A DNA stretch of 64,000 nucleotides from Eledone cirrhosa. Lineage: Eukaryota. This document shows positions 55,094-64,000 of the stretch, one piece after another; the stretch's first letter is position 1; each line of letters starts with the position of its first letter. The translations under genes and the position numbers were made by a program. Below the pieces are notes generated by a model. The model saw only the letters and a list, made by a program, of their open reading frames with translations, had not been told where the DNA came from and ran no database searches. Location of the stretch: contig OZ024743.1 of NCBI GenBank assembly GCA_964016885.1, positions 43,710,001-43,774,000 of the forward strand, in the 5' to 3' direction.

Positions 55094-58000
55094 ATTCAAT
55101 TCAATTCGATATTCAATTCAATATATTTGGCAGAAATTAAAACATAGATGCTTCAGATGCCATGTAAAGGGGGGGGGGGCAACATTTACACAGTCCGAAA
55201 CACAGTGGTCCAACACCGGTCCAATCTCGCCTTGAATTGTTGCGTGGTTGACGCCTTGACTACTTCTTCTGGAAGCCGATTCCAGGGTCCAGAGATGCGG
55301 ATCGAGAAAGCAGCTTTCCCTCTATTTAGGCTAAAGCTGTGGTGAAACAGCTTTTTGTTATGTCCACGTAGACCCCTTTCAAGTGCCGGAATGAATAGGA
55401 GATCTTGAAGGAGATCGTTTTGGCCTTTGAAGAGATTGTAAACCAAAATGAGTTCGCCTCTTTGCCGTCGACGCTCCAAGGAGAAGAGGTTCAGCTTCTG
55501 CAGCCGGCTTTCGTAGGGCAGCTCATGAAGACCCTGTGCCATTCGAGTCGCTAGTCGTTGAACTCTCTCCAAGTGATGGATATCCCGGATGAGATATGGG
55601 TTTGATGCTTGGATGCCATATACTAGATGCGGTCTCACGAGGGAGACATAGAGAGGCCTGAAATTTTCTGGAGTAAGTTTGGCAAAGGAGCGTCGAATAA
55701 GAAAAGGAGAGCACCTTGTTTGCGGCTTGAATGCAATGCGTTGATGGTTTGAAGGACGAGTCGACCAGCAGATCAAGATCGTTAGTCTCCTCAACCTGCA
55801 TCAAAGAAGCAGTGCCACCGTCGAAGGTAGGAGCTGAATTAAGGTGTACTCCTGCCATATGGCAACACTTATCGACATTGAGGTAAAAATCCCAGTCAAT
55901 GGACCAACTCCAGTCGCACTGGAGGTTGGACTTGAGATTGTCGATCTCGCACCTACGGGCTACCATTTTCACATCATCTGCAAATAGAAGCACGTTTCCA
56001 CCAATCACGTCCGGCGTCTCGTTGATGTATAGAAGAGAATTGGTCTCAACATAAAGCCTTGGGGAACACCCACTCCCGATGATAGACCACCATTGATCCG
56101 AACTCTGCAAGTACGACTCTCAAGAAATGATCCAATCCACTTTATAATCGAATCATGGAGACCATAGTTGCTGAGCTTATGCAGGAGCAGGCGGTGGCTG
56201 ACAGAGTCAAAGGTTGTTGCGAAGTCGAGAATGATAATATCGGCCGCATCTCCATGATCTATTATCCTCGTCACCCATTCTTCCATCACGAGTAGATTTC
56301 TAAGACAGGAACGTTTCGGGATGAAACCGTGTTGAGATGGAGAGATGGCAGTGAAAGACGCAAGATGAACCATAATTGCCCGCTTGATTAGAGATTGCAA
56401 GGCTTTACAGACGATTGAGGTGAGGCTCACGGGTCTGTAGTTCCACGAATCTTCTTTGTCGCCTTTTTTAAAGATAGGGAAAATTATAGCTACTTTCCAG
56501 TCGGCAGGAACAACTCCGGTAGCCAATCATAGGTTGAATAGTGTGGCTACAGGTTTAGCAAGGTTGCGTGAAACTGCACCCCAAATCGCTGGATGTACAC
56601 CGTCTGGACCATGCCCCTTATTCACATCTAAGGACAAAAGCAACTTTTCCACCTCATCCGGTCTGACTGTGGTTGGCTGCATTGGTGGGGAGATCATGTT
56701 TAGATTTGGAGGTTCTCTGCCGTCGTCCTCCTTGAAGATATTTGCGAAAACATCGGCAAAAAGAGAAGCTTGTTGGTCAGCGTGTTCAATAACTGCACCT
56801 TCGGGGTTTCGGAGAGTGACAATTTGGTTATTCAGTTTTTGATTTCTCTACACGTGAGCATAAAATCGCTTTGGATTACGACCGGCATCATTTGCAAGTT
56901 CCCTTTCAAAATGTTGCCTTCCAATTCTGGAAATATGCTCGACATGATTTCGCTGCTTTCTGTAGACTTCAAATGCCGCCGCAGACATGGTCTCTTGATA
57001 GTGCCCCCAAGCAGCGTTTCTTAACTTCCGCTCGCGGATAATTGTCTTTGTTATCCAGGGTTTGTGTTTCTTGCGTTTTGGCGTTCTCAGCGGCACTGCC
57101 ATTGCTGTTAGCCCTAGTAGAATTTCCTTTATTTCTCGCCACAAAGTTTCAACAGGTGATTTTCAGTTAGGCTGCGCCAATTTATCTCGTCGGAGGCTAT
57201 TTTGATAAGATCATGATTCATAGCAGCAAATATTCTTCTTGCCTGATTCAAAACGGGAGACAGTGCAAGCAAAGTATGCATGCTAAAGCTCAGTACTGCA
57301 TGATCGCTTTTCCCAAGTGGAGACAACTTGCAGAGACGATACGGATCTAGGATAACAGGAGAAGATAAGTTCTAGTAACGACGGTCGTTGACCACTTCAA
57401 GCCTTTGTCGGTTTTGTAACATGCTGGCAGATGAAATATTCTTCCGTCGTATCGAGCAATAGTTGGTCGAAGTTATTGTTGGACATGCACACATTTGAGT
57501 TCCAGTCTATAGTCGGGGCATTAAAATCCCAGAGCATAAGAAAGTCATTTGGACATCTTGAGACAGCTTCCATTACAATAATGAGATTCTGATCTTCCTC
57601 TGTTGTAGAACTAGAACTGCGATAGATCGAAAGAACGGGAATAGTTTCTCCACCCACTTTAAGATTGCAAAGAACAGCATCAAAGTTCTCCGAAAGTATG
57701 GTGTTCGGTGCTAGAGATTGGCGAGATGGTTTGAGTGATGATCTTGCATAAACGATAACTCCCCCACGTTTTCTTTGAGATCTATCACAACGGAATGCAG
57801 TAAAGTCAGGATTGTGAATCTCTGCATCCTTGACTTTGGAAGGTCTGCCTTCTCGTCTGCAATAACGGAATGGGCATCATCAAGTTTGGACAGAAGAGTG
57901 CAACCGTTGGTTAAAATAACTTTGAATGAGTGATAAATGGACAGCGATTTCAGCTTTAATCGCTTTTTGGGGATCTTCGGGAGGAAGTTGGAGGGCTTCA

Positions 58001-59640
58001 TGCACACCTAATCTGAGATGGCTGTTTGTTCTGACAGGGAAGTTTGGAGTCTTGGGATATCGTTATTGGGGCCGCCCAAAGGTAAGAGTGTACTATCTTT
58101 ACGTTTCTTATCCGCAGACCAGTCTCTCCGGCAGCTATGCGTGACCTGAGTTCTGTCTTCAAAGTTCTCCAGCGGATTCTTTCTTTTAAGGAGAACACCT
58201 TCCGAAAATCCAATTTACTATTCCGGTAACACTTTCTGGCTTCGGCAAGGAAGTCCTCTGCTTGCTGAGAAGTACAGAATTTGACTTTGATGTGTCGGGG
58301 TCTAAGTTGGGATTTCGTTCTTCAGATTTTTGGCCAATTCTCACGGCTCGGACTTGCGTCTTGTCATCTGAATCACCAATATTGACTTTGATAATGTTTG
58401 AGATAAACTCAAAGTCTTGGTGGTACCTCTCCTTTTCAGTGTTTGCACAGCTTTCGGAAACTCCGTAGACATAAACAGATTTGTTACACTGTTCTTCTTC
58501 AGGGCTGGCTGCTGTCTTGGGGGTACCACATTTACTTGTAACATAATGGCGACCGTTTACTGAGTTGACCCGATCCGCTTCATCTTCAAGTGGACTTGTA
58601 TTTGCCGTAACAAAATTGTCTGCTGGGCTGATAGCGAGACAAGGTTTGTTTCGATCATCAACCGTGTCGGAGTGGCGGTGTCGCCTTTTGGACGACCGAC
58701 AAACCCTGGCAGAGGGATTTACAGTGTTTTGATCAGAGATTAAACCTGCACCATTCATCGTGGTAGATGCATCTGCGGGAATTTGATGAGTAGACTAGAC
58801 CAATGTGTTTTGCTTGGTGTTGTTTTGTGCAACACCTGCCATATTCTTGCTTTGCTTCCTTTGCGCTTCGGTTTTGCTTTGATCGTCTTCGTCTGGGAAG
58901 ATGTAGATTTAGACGGTCTGGAAGACACATCATTAGGAGGTTGAAGTGATAATATCGTGTCTTCCATTAACAACATCTTTGACATGAGGGCATCAAGTTG
59001 AGTTTGCAAGTTTGCGTTTGTCAGATTGATTTGTCAGATTGATTTGGTTAAGGTTCAGTTTCAACCGCTCGCAAGCAATTATATTTATAGGTCGGTGGCA
59101 TAACATTACGAGAAGTTTGGACAGTCGAGCGAGCTCTTGTACTTGCAGGCATTATTGTGCTTAGAAAATGTACATACGTTGACGGTTGGAGTTGAAGAAA
59201 AAGAGGGTATAATCCACAAATGCGTAGAACAATAAAAAAAGAACCAGCAGCAATAAACCTCTTTAGATGAGTAGTCGGATCAACTTGAACTGTTAAGGAC
59301 CAAAATTGGTGTGCAGGTTATACGTGTTGGATAGAACCTTCACGTCAACCGTTTAACATCAGTCTAGAGTTGTTGGTTTGTCGTTGTTGTTGCTCTTGGT
59401 GCAATTTTAGTTTTTAATTACATTGTTGCTCTTGGAATTGTTGTTGCTGCCGTTTTCCTAACTTGTTTAATTGTTGTTGTTGGTGGTGTTGCTAAATTCG
59501 TTGTTGTATGTTGTGTTTGTAATTACGTTTTGCTGGTCCATAATTTTGCTACTCATTATGTATCCCTCCTCTCAACTTTTAAGTCGCTATCACAAGACGG
59601 CAGACTTAGTATTGGGGGCGTGTCTCGTCCATCTTTTAAA
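55094..59640 (-). mobile_element. Near full-length, heavily mutated CR1-clade LINE (ORF1 + APE-RT ORF2)
   Basis: ORF1 NKSVYVYGVSE..RIG..LKTELRSR..GE..LRIRN. ORF2 YRS, DFNAP, SDH, NYRPVSLT, QHGF, GVPQG, LFADD, YESRLQKLNLFSLERRR. (ATTGA)n tail at ~55094-55122 and a CAA-rich 5' UTR. Confidence 0.9.
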
Positions 59641-60259
59641 AAAATAGGCAAGAAATATACAGTTAATAAGGAAAGAGAAGTAAAATAGAAGCTGGAAGAG
59701 ATAGAAATATACAAACGTTGATAAAAATATTTTCCGTTTGGACGTTAAGTCCTAAAAAGACTGATACGAAGAGTTGAGATAATGAGATAAAAATATGTAT
59801 ATGGATGTGTTGTACATAACGTGTGAAGCGGGTTACACTACCAAATAATTCAATTTTGAAATTAGGCGTGCCATTCGGAAAGCCAAACTGACCGCAATTT
59901 CCAGTTAGTGTTTTCTGTTGATCGATGAATGTTTGGGTGTTCGAGCAGGTCTTTCTCTACTGCCAATGATATATGTTGAATCGAAGTAGAAGTTTCTCCA
60001 CACACAGATAATCAAGAGTTCTACAATATGTACAGGCGCGTAGCATTAATGGAATGAACTTACGTTAATTTTGACGATGACTGTTCTAGTTGTTTAATAC
60101 ACAGAACAGCCTGATCCTGAAACGATCTCTAATATACTAAAGTTCTCTAAATGTATATATATATATATATATATACATATATAGTGGACGAGGGGGCTTT
60201 GTTTGTGCCTCTGTGTACCCTGCAAAGTTTCATCAACATTCTAGTGCATCATTTATACA

Positions 60260-60665
60260 TGTACTTTGCTCTCTCTATTTCAGAAGTTAAAACTGTCATC
60301 ATACAACTGTCCAGCAATAAAACAACAGGTAGTGATAGCCTGGCAGAAGAAATACGGGGGTGAAACCCTGGTGTCAAATTCCAGTTCTTAACATGTGTTT
60401 GAGAGAAGTGTTCTGTACGACAGCAGTTTAAATATGCCTCAATTGTACACCTTTACACAAGCAAGGATAATAGGTCCTTAGTCCGAGGTAACTGCATGAG
60501 AAATCCATGGAAAGTTGAAAGGAACTTCTTGTCTCTAAGACATTTGATACCGTGTCTCTTAAACCATTGTGGATCGTCCTTCAATAATTGGTATCCCTAA
60601 GAAAATGTTTGATATAATATCCTTCTATTATGGAATGCAAGCATCCGTTAACTCTAATGGTGAGT
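60260..60665 (+). pseudogene. RTE/BovB-like RT relic
   Basis: SEVKTVIIQLSSNKTTGSDSLAEEI, QQFKYASIVHLYTSKDNR, KTFDTVS..LW. Confidence 0.7.
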
Positions 60666-60727
60666 ACACAGAGAAAACATGAAAGAGAAGCAATCAAAAT
60701 TGATGAGAATTATTGGGACCAATATTT

Positions 60728-60913
60728 AATTGTTTCTACTTTTGGCACAAGACCAGCAATTATCTCAGTGTATTATTGGTACTTTATTTTATGGATCCCT
60801 AATGATGAAAGGCAAAGTTAATCTGGGCTGGATTTGAACTCAGCACATAAAGGGGCGTAACTCTATTCTGCAAAGCATAGCGTCCGACTCTCTACCGATA
60901 CTACCAATCCACC
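60728..60913 (-). mobile_element. Main SINE
   Basis: Consensus match. Confidence 0.88.
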
Positions 60914-61375
60914 AATAACAACTTGTAAATATTGTATACAAAGATGCTTGAATTTTCATTTTTCCTTTAAAACCTACCCGTTTTCCTTGTGGCTATCGCT
61001 CTATTTTATTTTACCACCATTTAAAATAATCCAAATCTTTTACTTCAATATATTCTTAATCATTGTGGCACATACCTCTACTAATTAACGAAAACTTGGC
61101 TCTATTTCATTCTCTGATTTCGGACTGCCTTCGCATCTGTACTTTGTTATTGTTCCTGTCCGATAACAGATACGTTGGTAAATATATGTAAACTGATAAT
61201 TATAGATTGACAGTCACAAATAATTATCCCAGTGGACAGACAAATAGATTGCGATATATATCGAGAGGTAGGTAGGAAGATTTCGGCATTAGTCCTGTTT
61301 CTTCAACAATGAGGGATATGTTATTAAGAATACGTAAACCAATAACTATAGATTGACAGTCAGACGGATGGATAT

Positions 61376-61419
61376 GCTTGTAGACAGACACCATTAGATA
61401 GATAAATATATAGATAGAG

Positions 61420-61469
<50 letters not shown>

Positions 61470-61600
61470 GTGGACATTCAGGCAGAGAGATGCGCTTGTA
61501 GACAGACACCACTAGATATATAGAAAAAGAGACAGATAGATAGATGGATGGATAGATAGATAGATAGATAAATAGATAGACAGGAGGACAGACAGATATA
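61376..61600. repeat. (GATA)n tract within a ~118-bp direct duplication
   Basis: gcttgtagacagacacca occurs at 61376 and 61494. Confidence 0.85.
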
Positions 61601-61754
61601 TATATACACATATATATAACGAAGGAGTTGTGGTAAGGAACCAGATGGAACATAACGCACCAGAGTATTCAATACTTAGGGTAGGAGAGTGGGTAATAGA
61701 GTCCAGAAATAGCCGTCGAAACGGCTTGAGCTCTGCCGTCGGGTCATACTTTCT

Positions 61755-61802
<48 letters not shown>

Positions 61803-62731
61803 GAGAGAGAGAGAAAGAGGGGGGGATACACCGATATACACGTAGACAAATAGACACACACACCTACGCTCACACGTTTTCCGATTCCTTTTCTTCCGCA
61901 CAGGTTGAACAAGCTGGTCCTCGGGGCTAACGAAACGTACTAACTGCTACGGTGCCATTATAGAAGCTGACCTTAAAAATCATGTATATATACATATACC
62001 GTATAGAGAGAGATCGAGAGGGAGGGATTAAGTGAGATTGTGAATTAAAGAGATAGAGGGAGAGAGGGAGAAAGAGGAGATATAAAAGAGGAGAGAGAGG
62101 GGGTAAGGGAGTGATCTCACAGAACTATGTTTCTATATTCCAACCATTGATAATGGCATAGGTCGGTAAAAATATATAGTAGTATTTGCCGCTGTCAGAG
62201 AATGACGATATCAAATTAGTAAACATTCTCAAGTTCATTGTTCTTTTTATTGAAAGGAACAGAACGAATTTGGGAATAGATATAGAAATATTCAATATTC
62301 TCCAAATGTGTTTAACATTTAACGAAGTGTTTAGTAAGTTGAACATTATTATAGTTAAAATAATTTAATAGAAAAAGAAAGAAATATATTGAGAGAAAAG
62401 AATGAATGTAAGATAAGAAAATATAAAAAACTACAAAACGAAGGCTCTAGTACCACAGACGAATGGGGAGGGTGATGTATTCTGGGCCTAGGGCTCGGTG
62501 GTAATGAGGTTGCGCCCCGTGGAAAGGACAGCAAAACCATTCCCGCAAAACAATGACCAGCGACACCTGCTGCAATACCCAACCCAAGTCGTGGGGCTCC
62601 TTGTTCTGTCAACATCTCTAATTATCTATACTGGCAAGGTCTGGTGGATTTGTAGTGAGGAAGGATGAAAGTGACGGGAGATTTAGGGACATAGACAGAG
62701 GCAATACATGACAAAATAACAAGTCAGTCCA

Positions 62732-63052
62732 TCATAATGATGGCCTCCCCACAGACCCGTCAGACAGAACGGAGAAGGCGTTTCCCCAGAGGACGGCAAG
62801 GGAGACGCGCTGGAAGATCCATTCCAACTCGCGGGGCTCACACCTGCGGCTGGCCAGCTCAAAACCTATGGTGCATAATAGGGAGGTAGCCCTTGTACCG
62901 AGGACACCAAAAGTCTCCACTCCCAAATGTACGACCGCAAACCTGTCGGAGAACGACCTGTATTTGGAGAATTTGGCCTGCTCACCCCAGTCGAAGACTG
63001 CACCAGTTTGCCGCTGGAGAAAGTGTCGGGCAAGTGGCATCCCAGACGAGGT
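62732..63052 (-). pseudogene. 3' fragment of a CRE-like non-LTR element (restriction-like endonuclease)
   Basis: LVWDATC/PDTF, KFSKY, GVETFGVLG, FQRVSLAVLWGNA match the CRE C-terminal pattern. Confidence 0.7.
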
Positions 63053-63662
63053 GTTATCTATACTGTACTTAATATTCTATATTCTATTAAGACAGAAAAA
63101 ACATGTTAAACCTAATGACAGATTATTTTTAGAATTAAATATTTACGTTTTGTCGAAATACGCGTGCCATCCCTTCCGTGCAGGTGGGGTTAAGGATACA
63201 ATTATTGAGTAACACTAATTGAATTCCTGATGATGTGATCTTAACTTCAAAATTTAGCTATGTTGCTGCACGTACACACATATTCATGATGATTATAATA
63301 TTTCGAAAGCTAGTCATAACATACATTGATGTATAAATGCAATCCACATAATCCAAGCAGATAATCACATTGAAAGGAAATTTCATTTCTTTGAGAAGAT
63401 AAAGCCATGTTTGTTGTATCACTTATGAATGGAAATATTCGTTGTGCACATACCTGACAGTTGATTTGAAACTACATCTTTAACAAGATAAATTTGAATG
63501 ATCGAATATATTGAATAGCTGTGCAGGTATTTGAATATGTGAAGACATATAATACGCATTATCATTGGGTACGTATTTATCACATATAAACACTTTTCTA
63601 TTTGCATAGTTCAGTATTTCTCTGAGTCTTACCATTTTTGTATAAAACATCCCTTTACGCAT

Positions 63663-63720
<58 letters not shown>

Positions 63721-64000
63721 ATAAATTTCAAGATTCTTTGCTTAATCTTTAATCTGTTATTTTAATAAATATATATATATATATATACTTATGCATACGC
63801 ATATATACATAGACAAACACACACACTCATATATATATATAATATCAATAATATTAATAAATGGAAAATATCTTTATAAAACGATATTTATTTTATTATA
63901 CGTATTTCAAGGGTACTAATATTTTAGTACACTTTTGTCAGATAAAATACAATAATTAGTGTAAAGATGGTGACATATCTTCATGTTATAATTTCATTGA

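Overview
AT-rich, repeat-dominated animal genomic DNA. The tRNA-derived SINE families and microsatellite load are most consistent with an octopus-type mollusc, but that is an inference. No intact long host ORF was found. The window contains many (TA)n tracts holding stacked Penelope-like retroelement (PLE) fragments (Naiad-type and Penelope/Poseidon-type GIY-YIG). It also holds a near full-length decayed Helitron (~32.5-38.4 kb), a near full-length CR1 LINE, a 5'-truncated RTE-type LINE, relics of R4/Dong, Tx1/L1, RTE-BovB and CRE elements, two MITEs and a dozen or more SINE copies. The main discovery is a dense set of non-coding, (TA)n-inserted elements carrying type I hammerhead ribozymes (HHR). 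These include a very young 310-bp tandem array (6 HHR copies, with an inverted 5' part), a related element showing compensatory base changes and a UUCG/GCAA tetraloop swap, a circularly permuted ~310-nt element with a canonical HHR, HHRs with elongated stem II, and non-canonical core variants. Together they look like a retrozyme-like/PLE-passenger system targeting (TA)n. Local inverted copies of ordinary DNA also end in (TA)n tracts. A small phase-compatible multi-exon host gene may be hidden on the + strand.
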